A model generated the notes under the pieces. It worked only from the letters and a program-made list of their open reading frames with translations. It made no database searches and was not told the DNA's origin. A stretch of 64,000 bases of DNA. Origin: Veleropilina oligotropha (taxonomy: Eukaryota). Location: positions 372,001 to 436,000 of the forward strand of contig JBEUKZ010000008.1 of NCBI GenBank assembly GCA_048128005.1, in the 5' to 3' direction. Made by a program: the position numbers and the translations under genes. Below, in pieces: positions 1 through 15,300 of this stretch. Within the stretch, counting starts at the first letter, position 1, and every line of letters begins with the position of its first letter.

Positions 1-70
1 AAGAGAAAATAAATCCTTTAGTGTACTTTATAGCTTCTGACAACGTGACGGATATTTATTTTTCTCGCAG

Positions 71-334
71 TTGCACCGCAGGTGAGCGTGTCTCCGAGCG
101 ATGTGACCGCCCGCCCCGGGGCGCCACTGTATCTACGCTGCAACGCTCGGGGAACACCACCGTTCCAGTACAATTGGTCAAAAGTGGGCAGTGCTTTGTC
201 TCCGACCGCCGTGGTCCAAGAAAATGGGGTGCTGGAGATCCGACAAGTAACGGCGGCGGATGCCGGAACTTACCGCTGCGTTGCTGTCAACGAGGCCGGA
301 CAAGGAGAGGGACTGGTCAGGGTGTCGATCGTGG
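71..334 (+). CDS. HSPG2: Perlecan exon (Ig domain)
   Basis: tcgcag|...|gtaggt; LYLRCNARGTPPFQYNWSK...DAGTYRCVAVN. Confidence 0.9.
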
Positions 335-3300
335 GTAGGTACTTCTCTTAAGGTTGGGTCATGGATATTTCATTTGTTTTCTGGTGTGCGTTGTAAAACG
401 ACAATCGCTTGAATTGCGTTTAATGAACGATCACATAACCGTTTTATCGAGATTCGATGGCGTACTTGCTTACAAAATGTTGTGTAAATATTCCTGGATT
501 TATATATAAAATATGGAGTTGTAAAATGTATCTTTGAGACTTAATAACACGGGCAAAGCCATGGTACACTGTACTATCAATATTAGATGATAAGATAAAA
601 TAATAGCAGGAGCAGAATTGAAATAAAAAATGAAATAATTTATGTAATAATTGTTTTAATTTTAATTTTAAAGATTCAACATTAGCCATATCACGATGTG
701 TAGAACTCTTAACACACTTTGTCCGACCATTTTTACATTATTCATATTATTTTTATTGTTATGAACATTTTATTGCATCACAAACATTTTCTATTTATAG
801 AAAATGACAAAAAATGTGAAATCATTATACCTGTGAAATCGGTTTTTAGAAAAATTATCCAAATCCTTCTGACAAATTGTGCCCTATTATGCATAGAAAC
901 AAAACGAAAAATAGCACGCCGTTATTATATATAGAAGTCAGCTTGTCTGTCTGTCTGTTGGCTGGTCTGTTGCATATTTCCTTCCGCTCCATATCTTCTA
1001 TACTATTTGACCAAGGGACACAAAACTTGATGTGCGCATGCATCATAACCCAAAGGTATGTCGCATACCGAAAGTAGGTCACCACGACCTACTTTTCATG
1101 CTTGACTGCACTTAATCCAAAATTCCCTTCCGCTCTGCATCTCCCACACTATGAGACCGTGGGACATTAAACTTGATGTGTGTATGTGTCGTAGCCCAAA
1201 GGTGTGTCGCATACCGAAAGTAGGTCACTGCGACCAACATTTCGGACTGCATTTTGTCCAAAATTCCTTTCCGCTCCATATCTTCCATACTATTTGATCG
1301 AGGGACAAGAAATTTGATGTGTGTATGCGTCATAACCCAAAGGTGTGTCGCATACCAAAAGTAGGTCAAAGTGACCTACTTTTCACGCTTGACCACATTG
1401 GTCAAAAATTCCCTTCCGCTCCATATTCTCCCATACTATTTGACTGAAGGACATGAAACTTGATGTGTTTATGTGTCATAACTGATAGGTATGTTGCGTA
1501 CCGAAAGTAGGTCACCGCAACCTACTTTTCACACTTGACCGCATTCAGTCTAAAATTCCCTTCCGCTCCATATCTCCAATACTATTTGACTGAAGGACAT
1601 GAAACTTCATGTGTGTATGCAACAGCCTGTTCCTGGGTCAAACGTTTTCATGGGGGCATGTGATCACTCCTGTGATAGCTTTAGTCTACAATACTTTTTG
1701 AGTTACACATTTTTGTACTCAATCAATGTGTGTAAAAGATTGATTTTGAGAAATCACGGTTCAAAGTTTTTAATATATTTCTAAAAAATGTCCAGTGCAG
1801 ATTTTGAGCTTTCAATTGATATATGGAAGTATATGCTAAGTTTTAGGATAATACATGTTGCTATTAAAAGCGGCCGCTTCGGCAGCGCAGTGGGTAGAGT
1901 GTCCACTCTAACTTCACTGGCTTGATTCCGCTAATGCGAACAGTAGTGGGTTCAATACCTGGCTGAGGCATTGACATTTGTTCAAGTTATGAATCACAGT
2001 TGTCCGCGACTGGCCGAAGAGGGCGGGTTTACCCGGGCGACCGGGGTTTCCTCCCGCGATAACACGGACATGTCCTGCCTTGAACCTCGATGTTGTAAAT
2101 ATACAGGACATTAAGCATCATTCCTCCCTCCCTCGCTATTATAAGGCTTGTTTTCTGTCAAAAATGTGTTTTATATTGAGGAAAGTACATTCTATTACAC
2201 ATTTATATTCTGCTTTGACGTATATGCATGCATTTACTATTCTAGTGCCACCAACTGTGAGTTTACCAGCACCTCAAGAAACTAGAATAGTAGGGCAGAT
2301 TGCAGAGCTGCGATGTATTGCCACTGGGACACCAGCCCCCGTAGTTGTGTGGGAGAGAGAAGGGGGTAACCTCCCCGCTCAGCACAGCATTAGAGGAGGC
2401 ATATTGACGTGAGTTTATAACGCAACTAAGTGTTTATGGGTATGAAAGAGGCAGTGCAGTTGTGTTAGTTGTGCATCACAAATAATGTGCATGACGTCAT
2501 ATTTGAAAATATGAATGAATTTACTACTAATGACGAGGGAATGAGGAGATTTGAGACGTGGCTCAGTGGGTTATTCACAGGACTCTGGTCACAGAGTCTC
2601 GTGTTCGACCCCGGAGCTCGGCGATTTCACTTGGGCAAGGAAATAAGCATATATTTACCTCGGTCCACCCAGCCGATCTGAATGGGTACCTGGTTGGCAG
2701 TTATGTAAGTCACGGCGCTACCTGCGTGTAAATGACTGTAATGCTCCCAGAGGGAGTTGAGATGGCATATCGAGTGGAAGAGTCCAATAACCAGGGGTAA
2801 TAATGTTCAGCGCATTGAGACACTAGTGTAATAAAGCCCTATATAAGACTGGAGTATTATTATTATTATTATTCTCACACACCCTGGACATGCAGAAAAA
2901 TAGAAAGTCGCGAATGAGCATTGTAATTTCAGTGCAGCTCATCTGATGGCTTAGATGATATCTATGGAGCATTGTAGTTTCAGTGCAGCTCATCTGATGG
3001 CTTAGATGATATCTATGGTATCAAGAAACTGGTAATAATAATAATAATAATAATAATACTCCGGTCTTATATAGCGCATTATTACGCTAATGTCTCAATG
3101 CGCTGAACATTTTTACCCCTGGTTATGGGCCTGTTCCATTCGATATGCCATCTCAACTCCCTCTGGGAGCATTACAGTCATTTACACGCGGGTAGCGCCG
3201 TGACTTACATAACTGCCAACCAGGTACCCATTTAGATCGGCTGGGTGGACCGAGGCAAATATATGCTTATTTCCTTGCCCAAGTGAAATCGCCGAGCTTT

Positions 3301-6300
3301 GGGGGGCGAACTCGAGACTCTGTGACCAGAGTCCTGTGAACAACCCACTGAGCCACGACAGCACTTGACCATTATGATACACAAGCATTATTTATTTTCT
3401 TTAAATTAGAATTAAGTTAACTGTTACTATTGGTACGTTTTCATTTTGGTACTGTAAATCAATCACGTGAATTATTATTAATATGCAAAAAGATGGTTTC
3501 TTCTCTTTCTTTAGATAAATGTAATCACTTATGTCGTCTATTTACGAATTTTGAATTATCTTTCTTACCCACAGACTGTACAGCCTCCGTCAAGAAGATG
3601 AAGGTCGCTACGTTTGTGTGGCATCTAATGATGGTGGCACCAACAGAGGCTATGTGTACCTGATTGTTGAAGGTACTAATTGTTTTTCCACCATATGAGT
3701 CACTTTTCAAGTTATTTATTGATTGAATATGTTTGTGACCAACACATTTTCAGAAGGCTGTAACAGTTTATGAAATGAATTTGTATTTATATGTAGGCAG
3801 TAAGTGCTGATTATATAGTGTTTTGTTTGTGCCACTTCCAATTAAGCCACGACTTAACATGATCTGGTGTGATATTTTCAAGCAAGAGAGCATTTAAATG
3901 ATGAAATTTATTTTCAAAAACTGTACAAATGTTAGTATAATTATGATTCTTGAACCAGGCATATTACAATGTACAAGCTATGCGACGTATATATAATTAT
4001 TTGGAAATAATAAATTAAAATGTAAGCGTAAGTTTCAGTATTTTAATTCTACCTGTGTTTCTGCAGCTCCACCAGACACAAATGTCCCGACTGACACCAA
4101 AACCGTGGACGTCGGCGATCGCGTGGAGTTTGAGTGCGTGGTTACAGGTAGGGACAAGGACTATGAAGGAAAACAAACGAGAGTCTGTATGTGAAATGTA
4201 TTGTTCTGTAGATTTTTTTCGTAATTCAGTACATGTATTTGATTGATATTTTCCAAAATGAGGTCCCATCTTTTTTAGGTCATCTTATACACTCGACATA
4301 ATGTATTAATCTTCTTGTTGAATGTTAGAGAATTTTACTATAATTTATTATGCCCCCACATAACCCAAAGGTGTGTCGGGTACCAAAAGTAGGTCACCAT
4401 GACCTACTCATGCTTGACTGCACTTAATCCCAAATTCCCTTCTGCTCCATATGTCCCATACTGTTTGACCGAGGGACACGAAACTTGATGTGTTTATGCG
4501 TCATAACCCAAAGGTGTGTTGCGTACCAAAAGTAGGTCACCGCGACCTACTTTTCACGCTTGACCGCAGTTGGTCCAAAATTCCCTTCTGCACCATATCT
4601 TCCATATTATTTGACCGAGGGACACGAAACTTGATGTGTTTATGCGTCATAACCCAAAGGTGTGTCGCGTACCAAAAGTAGGTCACTGCGACCTACTTTT
4701 CACGCTTGACCACATTTGGTCCAAAATTCCCTTCCACTCCATATCTCCCATACTATTTGACCGAGGGACCTGAAACTTCATATGTGTATGCATCATAACT
4801 GATAGGTATGTCAGATACCAATAGTAGGTCACCATGACCTACTTTTCACACTTGACTCACTCCCTTCCGCTACATATCTCCCATACTATTTGACTGAAGA
4901 ACATGAAACTTCATGTGTATATGCAACAGCCTGTTCCTGGGTCAAATGCTTTTGTGGGGGCATGTGATCACTCCTGTGATAGCTCTAGATCTGATAATCC
5001 CTGTTAAAGATGCTGCAACCGAATACCCCAGTATTTTGTGTTCTTTGCACAAAGTTATGATGATTTAGAGATTGTCATATTTAAAGATAAAATTTAAGAT
5101 ATAGTATTAAACATAGATGTCAAGATTGGATAAAAGCTTGTGCCTTTTATTCAAAGGATAACACTGTGGCTACTGATGCCTCTCTCATGACTGCTCTGTT
5201 TAACAGAAATGGGTTTGAATTCTCGGAGCAGCGCTCTTGGTTCAGTTAACAGTCATAGTGGCCATAGCTGGTTGGTGAAGGCTGGTTCTCCTGGATGACC
5301 GGGCTTTCCTCCCAATAATAACACATTCTTATATGATCCTGGAGGTTGTTTATGTTAAAATAGGATATTAAGAATCCAAATCCATCCCATGTGAAGTAAC
5401 TTTTATCTCAATTTACTCGACAGGGGCGCCTAAACCCACAGTCTCCTGGCGCAAGCTGGAGGGACCACTTCCAGCGGGTTCCATCCGCGAGGGGGGCATC
5501 CTGATTATTCCAAAAGTGATCCCCACAGATGCCGGTACCTACCGATGCACGGCTACCAATACGGCAGGTTCTGTGGAAACGCAAGTTAATCTGTATGTCA
5601 GAGGTGAGCCACTAGTTTTAACGCTGGTCTTTTGAGCTCAAATTTTTACTGTGCAGTCTGATTAAGATTGCATTAAGTGCAAGCATCCAGATCCTAAAAA
5701 TAATGCAATTTCTTTATCATAATTTAGCTGTTATGTGCTTTGACAAGTTATGACAAATGAAATGATGAAGTTCATAGATGTTTTCTGACCAAACACCATT
5801 GTTTCTACGCATTCTGACAGAATCAGTGTATATTGTCCTTACATCTTCTATTTTGGTGAATGAACTAAGATTTTCTAAAATCTTACTCTGAATGTAGAAA
5901 ATGCCAGTGTAAAAAATTAAAACATTATTCTTTGGTTACCAACCATGGCTGGGGTACTAGAGTGAATATATTTTTCACAATTCAAAATCGACCACATTCC
6001 TACCAAAATCATGGTGTCACTCATTATAAAGACATCTTTATATTTTTTTGTAGATAGTATTCATACAAGGTGCGAAAATTGTAACATATAGGAAAACAGT
6101 TGTATCAAAATCTCTCATAAAATATTTTAAAAGTTGTCACAATTTTACCGATGATCTTTAGCAAACACCATGATAGTGGTTAACACCTGTGGAAGTGGTA
6201 TTATTACAATTTTGTTACATCAATTGTTTGAAGCTTATTCTTCAACAACCGATAGCCCATTAGGTAATAAAATGATGCGTGTATGCATCGTTATCTATTT

Positions 6301-9300
6301 CAGCCCAACCGGTGATAGGCGTGTCTCATGATGTTCAGACGGCTGCGCTGGGAGAACCCATTACATTGGGCTGTGACGCGACTGGCTTTCCCCAACCCGT
6401 GGTCACATGGTCCAAGCAATATGGTGAACTTCCCAGGTAAGATGTTTGATAGCACGGTCAGTTTGTATATAAATAAGATGTGTCTGTTCATATGGCGAAC
6501 GTACATATACACACAAGGTCTATGAGAAAGGAAAATTTTGTGGATATTGGTTTGTAGGATTTTTACGGCATAGGGAATGACTCGGACGTCACGGTATGTG
6601 CTGATCATGCATTTTTCAAGGTATATGCAATACTTTTCAAAAACAGTTATTCAAAAGGATTTACAAACCACGTGACAGAAATCTACCAAGCAGGTGGTCA
6701 CTCAGGTAGACATGTGGTGTCGAGTGTAGACTCAGAAAGCACAGGCTTGACTGCTCTTACTAACAAGAGTGCATTCGAATCTCGGTTGGGGCATTGGCAT
6801 TCTTATTTTAAATTGCCAATCACAGTTGTCCGTACCTGACATAAGGGGCGGGTTTCCCTGGGCGATGATATGCACATGTTCTGGTTTTAATTTGAAGGTA
6901 ATAAATATACAGAACAATTCCATACCTGTATCGATTTCTAGAAATCATGTTTGACTTCCAAGATATTAAAAATAAAAAAAAAGGTAGTTTTTGTCTCGCC
7001 CGTAGGGAAAGAGACTATAGGTATTGCTTTTCTGTCGGCGATGGCGGCATCAACAATTGTTAATGTTTTGCGTTTAGCACTGTTTCTCAAAAAGTATATG
7101 TTCTAGATCAACATAACTTGGACCATAGATGCTTCATGGGTACTGTTGTTTACTGAATGCTTCGGATGCTTGATATATAACCTAGATTTTATGTACCGTG
7201 ACTTTGTCAACATAGTAATCTGTGTTAAGTTGTTACGTTTAGCTCTGTTTCTCAAAAGGTATGTGTTCTAGATCAATTAAACTTAGACCATAAATGCTTT
7301 GTAAGTGTATGAGCTGAGGGTGGCACATAGTATTACATATTAATCCTTCCAATTTTTCCCCCATTCCGCGGAATTTCTTGTTTAAAGTATTTTTAAACAT
7401 ATTTTAAGCAATATTCTGCATTAAACTTATTAATGCTGAAGTTACAATGATTTCTGAAGGCGAACATTGGCAAACTTCCATTGCAGAAATGTCAATAGGA
7501 AAATAGCTATAATGGAAACATAATTTTAATGTACATGTACTACCTCTGTTCTACACAGCATTTGATCAACCTTGTTTTTCGTTTGTCTTCTCTTCAGAGA
7601 GCACAGCATTGTCGATGGCGATCTGAATATTCCTTTGTTACGACGAGAAGATGCAGGGACATATATGTGTAACGCGGTTAATCAATATGGCCGCTCGGAG
7701 CAGCCGGTGAAACTGATTGTCGGAGGTAAGCTTGTCGCAAACGGCTTCAATCGGTGTAGCCTCTCACCAACACCTGAAGTGGGCATTGTCACCATAACGG
7801 AGAGGCATCAAGTAACATCATCATCAGTTATTTGATCAATCCTCTTGCAGTGCTCTAATCGACTTTCGATCAAAGTAGAAATCTATCATTATTGTAACAC
7901 TTGGCCATAGTTTTGGATACTATCGTTTTGTCTCCTTTCTGCTGCGTCCTTAGATATTTGATGTGTGTGCTCTACAATCAACATTTATAATCCGATTTGC
8001 TTCAAATTTTATATACATTTTAATTATGATGTGGTAATGATTTTGGACATTTTTCGCCATGGGAGGGATACATCCCCTAGAGTTTTGAATAAATTATGTT
8101 CCGTCTGTTTCAGACCTGGTCCCGTACTTCCCCCAGGCACCTTTGTCGTACATGTCCTATAGCCCACTAAGAGACGCATACATGGACTTCGACATCAAGG
8201 TCTCGTTCAGGCCTGAAGCTACTGATGGTAAGAATTAGTCGTAGATTTTATAAATACACTGACAGCTAGGAAATGTTGTAACATTTACTTTAATCTTGAC
8301 ACATTTTGAGAATAGAACAGCCTGATGCCGAAGTATATTGGGACTGAAAGATCTTCGGATATGAATATGAATATCGTTTTTTAATGTATTGAAATGATTT
8401 TCTTCACTAGTAATTGTTTATACGTAATTATATGTATAAGATGCCTCGGTGTGTGCTAATTGTCGTGAGACTTGAATCTGATTTATTGCTCTTAGTCTAC
8501 TAAATGATAATATCTTGATGAAATTTTGCAATCGTTTACTATGTGAGATTATGAATCCAAAATACTATTTGCCATATGAAGATGGCTGAACATTTGTGAA
8601 CTAATTATAAAATGTTTATTTTACAGAAATATTTTACTGAAATTGTAATTATTTTTATTTATCCTTGTAGGGTTGGTGATGTACAATGGACAATACGACA
8701 CAGGCCATGGTGACTTCATCTGCTTCGGCATGCGTGGCAGTAAACCTGAGTTCCGCTTCGATGTTGGGTCTGGCCCAGCCATTATTCAAGGCAACCACAG
8801 CTTGGAGCTCAACAAATGGCATACGATACAGCTGAAGCGCAACAGACGAGACGGTATGCGTCGTTCGTTTATAAAATATTCAAAGAAGTCCGATGTTCAA
8901 AGAAAATAACTACAGTACTGAAATCTGCGTTTCAGTGCAGACAAGTTGTTTTCTCTATATAACCTAAATTTATTATTTTAAGTACATGTATGTGGAATAA
9001 TGTGAGGTTAAAATAAATTGTCTGATAAATAAAATGTTCCTGTGGAGTTTACATGTAAATATTAGTGACTACGTTCACAGGGCTGTTAATAAATCAACAT
9101 GTTTCAAAATTCATATTATAAACAATTAGTTTGACAATAGTTTGCTGCATATGGAATTTATGTAATATTATCTGCCTTGATGATGGTATGTCAATAATTG
9201 TCACTTTGTGTAATTATCGGCTAAACACTCATTGGAACCAGAATTCAGGTCACTGCATCAAGTCAGATTCAGTCACGATCAGTATTCATGGGTTTCAATA

Positions 9301-12300
9301 ACTATGATAATTCTGAATTCAGACCATGGCCACCATTGTGGGATTACGATCTTGTCAGTAGCCAAATGGATAAGACTGCCGACTCTGAATTCATTTTTTT
9401 CTTCGCCTGTCGTCTGATGGCTAATGTCTGTTTGTGCACTATTAACTCATACCTTTTCATTGATCGCAGGTACTATGCTGGTCAACGACGAGCCAGCCTA
9501 CATGGGCAGCTCTGGTGGACGATTCGTGGGCCTCGACTTGGAGCAGGACATGTACTTGGGAGGTGTTCCAAATTTCAATAACATTCCTCGCGCATCCGGC
9601 TTCAGCACGGGATTTGTCGGTACGTATATAACATGAAAATTGGATTAAGGGATATTTTTGATGAGTTATAACACAGACAGCAGAAACAAAAAATATTCTT
9701 ATTATGATGATAAAACTTTGCTTGATATATAATATCAAAGTCAATTGTCTACTAAAGAACGTAATTTAATTACTGAACAATGTGTATAATATGATTACCT
9801 CAAAGGGTTGACGTCGTTATTGTGTGGAGTTAATAGGGTAACGCTCAATTGACTGGTTTTATTTCACAGTACTAGTGTGAGGTCGATTTCCGTCAAATAC
9901 ACATCAGATTTACTAGTCATTGTAGTATGGAAACGAGTAGGTTCCTGCGTTAATATGGACCAATATGATATTATGTGTTAAGTGGAATCAATTAAAAACT
10001 TATAACATTACTTTTCAGGCAGTATCAGTGAGGTGATACTGCAGTCGGTAGATTTGGATCTGGGCGGCGAAGCATTGCAGATTGTTGGCATTAAGCAGTC
10101 CCAGGTCTGCTTTGATGGAGCATGCAGCAATGGCGGCACGTGCGAGCCAGCTAACGTTCTCTATGGCTTCAGGTGTACGTGTCCGCAAGGCTTTGCAGGC
10201 ATGAGGTGCGACGTGCCCGGAGAAAGGTGCTATCCAGGTAATGCTGCAGGCTTGAGAATTTGTGATCATATCATAAGCTCTCACTGATAATAACGATGTC
10301 AGGTAATTGTTAAGGCTCCCAAGCTAGCTTCACTTTCAGCCATATGTTTTTCATTGTTTTGTGCCAACAAAAGCAATTGCTATAAATGTTCGCAGCTATA
10401 ACGTGACCGTTTGGTGGTGATTCTGACACAGGAAAGCACGTGGACTCTGCATGTGTAAAAAGCCACTCGCAAAATGTTATGCGGCACTATCAGTCGACGC
10501 TCATTACAATGCTTTAGCTCGATATTTATAGTAGTTGCAGTTATGTAGCATGATACAATGTTAGGTAATTATAATCCATTTGTCATTGTAGGAGCGTGTG
10601 GTGCCAATGGGAGATGCTATAATCTACCAACATTCACCGGGTTCAGATGCGTCTGCCCGATCGGAAGATATGGGAAAGGATGCCAAGAGGGTAAGTATAT
10701 ATGCGAATTGAATCTTCACTTTTATTACTGTTTTGATACATTTCTTTAGTTGTTTGCAGGGGGATATTTATAATCCGCTAATGCCTCAATGTAAATTAAT
10801 GCGAGATTTCTCTACGTTCGAATAATATTGAGAATTTTTTATGAAAATATGTTTGTTGGATTCCAAACAAAAATATATTTCATTAAGGAGTTCTCTGCTC
10901 ACTTGATTATGTTATTAAAGCTTTTCGTTTTCATTAGCTTTCCTTTATCTACCTGAACAATGAGGTTATTACTGTTGATCTGCTTTAGGATTGACGATAT
11001 CCAAGCCAGCGTTCAACCTCAACGCGTTCATCTCGTACCCGACTATCGAGGACGGTCTGATCCAGGTGACGGTAAAGCTGGTCTTCAAGCTGCAGAGCCT
11101 GGACGACGGAATCATCCTGTACAACAGCCAGAAGAACGACGGTGACGGCGATTTCATCTCCTTGTCCATCAAGGATGGATACCTGGAATTCCGCTACGAC
11201 ACCGGATCAGGTCGGTTAATCGTGTGCATGATGTACGGATGGATGGATGGATCGATACTTATAATTAATGTCATGTATATTTACAACCTTCGGCTTCAAA
11301 CCAGGACATTTTTCGTGAGAGGAATGCCTGGTTGCCTGGGGAAAGCTGCCCTCTCCCGTCATTTATGGACAACTGTGACAGTCACTGGTAATTGAATAGA
11401 GGATGCCATTGCCCCAACCCAGGTTCATATGCACTCCTGTTTGTCAGAGCAGTCAAACCAGTGAATTCAGAGTATGCAATCGAAACCGCACGGCTACCAT
11501 TGTGACCCATGTGCATGATGAGGTCATCTGGTCACGTAACGTCTGGTGACTCGGAGCATTCATGTTATCCTGCATCTAGGCTTCCACTCGATCTAATTTG
11601 GTTTTGATCGATGCTTAATGTCCCGTTTATTGACAACCTTTAGTTTCGTGCCAGGACACAATATCTCTGGAGAAAACCAATCTTGCCTGGCGAGTTACGG
11701 ACAATTGTGACTGTTGACTGAACACAGTTTTCCAAAATTAAAACTTTGTGTAAAAATAGTACGGATGAAAGTGCAAAATGACATAACAATATTTTTCAGA
11801 GCTTTAAGCTGATGACTGTATATTATCCAATGCACAATTCACTTATGAAATATTCCTTATAATCCCCCGCGGCTTCCGAAAGAAAAAGCCGTAGGGGGAT
11901 ATAGGGATAGCCTCCGTCCGTCCGGTCACACTTTTGGTTCAAGTTTTTGGATGAGGTATTACATGCATTTAATGGATGAATAACTCGATCAAACCTATTT
12001 AGATGAAAAGTAAGTAGACATGTTTAGTCTTTAGTTGGAACCAATAATGAAAAGATTGTTTTTTATTTTGTGAAAAAAAGCACTTTGAACATAGACATTT
12101 TTCGGTTAAAGTTTTTGGTTAAAGTTTTTCTTTTGAGTGTATATCGATTGCTCAAGGAACATTTCAGCATATACAAGTTTTATAATTAGTAATGGTTATA
12201 TGGATGTGACCTGATATTATAATTTTATATAAATAATGCATGAAATTGGTGTTTTGGGACATAGAAATTTAGTTAAAATGTTTCGGTTAAAGTTTTTCAA

Positions 12301-15300
12301 AGAGTGCTTATACAATGATCATTGCACTTGTTTGCACACTTATGCTTTGTTGCTGGTGATATTGATGTTAGCTGCTAGCCTGGCAGTGATATTGAACAAA
12401 ATTTAATATAAATAAATAGATCTAGGGATTAAATTCCAATTTCGATCAAAAATCTCCATACCATCAAAATATTGTACTAAATCTATTTCTTGCATATATT
12501 GACAAAATGCTTTACCGCAGGGGATACCGCTATATCGATAGCACTTGTTTATAATAAGTATTAATTCATTTAGGTCCTGCGATCCTTAGAAGTCAGCGAC
12601 CCCTTAGACTGAATGAGTGGTTCACTATCGTGGCCGAGAGAGACGGCAGCGACGGGACACTGATCGTCAACAGCGACGTGCCTGTCAGAGGTAAGGGATG
12701 AAGACACCCTGTTGTTACACAACCCATTGGGTTACGTTAAAATTACTTTATTTGTTTATATCGTTCACTTTGGTACGGTGCTGTTAACACTCCTGCGACC
12801 ATGTTTTCTGTTCTTTTAGGATGATGTACTTGTAAATTACTTTATTGCATATAGGTAATAATTTACAGCTCTTTCGATCATTTATTTTGTTTTATCAGGT
12901 TGTTGTAAGACATGTGCGTATAGTTAGAGTATAATTTGTTAAATGACTTGTATCTGGTGTTTATTTCATTCATGAAGTTAATAATGCACGTATAATTTAA
13001 AAATTATTCACTACAGCTAGAAGTGTGACAAGTTTTAGTAAGATATAGTTAAATATAATGATGATGTTTCAGAGTCTTGAATCAAATGCGGGTGGTTCTG
13101 GGTTTACTTCATTATGAGCCTTTTTCCTTGAAGACAACAAATTGAATTGGACTTCATTTTTTCGTGGAGACGCCATATTGAATTAGACTCTTTGTGAGAG
13201 CAATTCTTTCAGAAAGCACTCTTGACTAGCACACTTGTGGTTGTGTTATCAACCAGGTACTCTTTCAGATCAACTGGGTTAACCAAGGAACAGGGTTCAA
13301 ACCACATTAACGTCTGCATCAACAGTTCCATGTTGTCGCACTAAGCACATTAATTTTATATGAAAGAGATTAGACTGCACTTATGAGCTGCAAACCCTTT
13401 AACATGAACCTGTGCAAAATGCATATTCAATTTAGTTATTTTTATGTTAATATTCTTTATCCGTATTAATGCTTCGTTTGGTGTCCATGGACTGACTTTA
13501 TTCCTTATCGCTTTAATCACCATTTGCTTCGTTCCATTTCCAGATTTGTCCAGTTTCAGATTGGCTTCTACTGACGCCGTTTCTTACTAATTCTCACATT
13601 GCTGTAGTGCTATTTCAATTTATTTTTATTTCAATTCAATTGATTATGACCGAAATAATGTTGGCGTGGTTGTTATAAACATCAAATCAAATCCTGAAGT
13701 GCAGAGTTGAATAGGCTCGAAGCTAACAAATTTTAAGACGTAGCAGTTGCATCGACTGGCGACGGCCAGTTGTTGGCAACCATGGGTCTCATCCATTTAT
13801 ATATTTTTGACCTGTAATGTATCATTGAGCTATTAATTTAAAAGCATTATGTCCCAAGGCGGCAACATCGACACAGGACATGACGAATGATAAACATTTC
13901 AATGATGAATATCCAAAAAAATAGTTTGGCGACAGATCCTTTTCCAGATCTATCCGATCCGAGGAAATACAACAAATTATTGACCTCAATCAATTCTACG
14001 TGCACCGAAAACACATTCTATTACAGAGTGCTTTTGCCTGACCGCCTCTGAGCTATTCTGTTTGAAAAGTTGTTGTACAAATTTTAACTTTATTATTAAT
14101 GCATATATAAAAATTAAAAAGACTAATGTTACATTTTTGCAATTATATAAATAAACATTAAAAATATTCAGACAGCAATATGAGAAATAGTATGAATTGT
14201 CAATGGCTGTTTGTTTGTTGATTGTTATTTTTGCCTAATGGCATTGTCGGTTTCTTTCTTTTGCCTCAGTGAGAGCTGGAAATTATCTCAACAATTTATA
14301 CCGTTACCGTAGACGAGGTACCCGCAGTGCTGTTCTATAACATCTACTCACTGCCATGATGCTACGATATGGGTGTCTGCTTAGGAAAGAAGCAATTCAC
14401 TTAAACCATAAATTTTACTCTTGTAAAAAAATCGAAAAACAAAATTTATTAGTTATTATTTTCCATGTTTTGAAAAGTGATGGTTGGCCTATTTTTTAAT
14501 AGTATGCATTTGATAATGGTTTAAGAGAATTGCTTCTATTCACTTCGTATGATTAACGTTTTCTTATTTTATATCGGCTTGGACTCTGCAATTATATTTT
14601 TGCGTTGCACAATTATATTCAGCGCTCATTTATTTTATCGTAATATCGAGCTGCTGATCTTTGATTCTAAACTAATCTTCTAATCCCGCTGACTAACCCA
14701 CACATCTGAGCGCTGCATTCTGGGATTGACTCGATACATTATAAATAGCATACAATGATGATGGGTGGAGTTGCACAGTTAAGTTTTATTTTCATGTAGA
14801 TAGTTTCACATTTAGAAAAACTATCAACTGACATAAATTAAACACCAATAAAGTGACGTAACCCAGTTTGCTTTTTGAAGGCATGAAGGTGTTTGTGTCC
14901 GGTGGAGTTGCATAGTTACAATCAATCTTTATCTTTAATTTATTGCAAAAGTTAACATCTATCTATACCTAAGCGGTATGTTCGATTAAACAACTCACTT
15001 GCACCGGACAGTTACGGACAACTGTCGCTGCTAACTCCTCAAAGCGTCTTAACCAAGAATTCGAACCCACTCCTGAAGTAGGGTAGTCAGTCGTGCTGTT
15101 ATCATATATCGTCATCGCGATATGAGTAGTCAGTCGTGCTGTTATCATATATCGTCATCGCGATATGAGTAGTCAGTCGTGCTGTTATCATATATCGTCA
15201 TCGCGATATGAGTAGTCAGTAGTGCTGTTATCATATATCGTCATCGCGATATGAGTAGTCAGTCGTGCTGTTATCATATATCGTCATCGCGATATGAGTA

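Noticed and set aside
1872..1970. tRNA gene
   Set aside because: It has A/B boxes but is followed by a SINE body, tail and TSDs, and I could not form a complete cloverleaf.
1914..2111. Recurrent 65-aa ORF MSCIFTT... (also at 27685 and 45689)
   Set aside because: It is the antisense translation of SINE family A copies.
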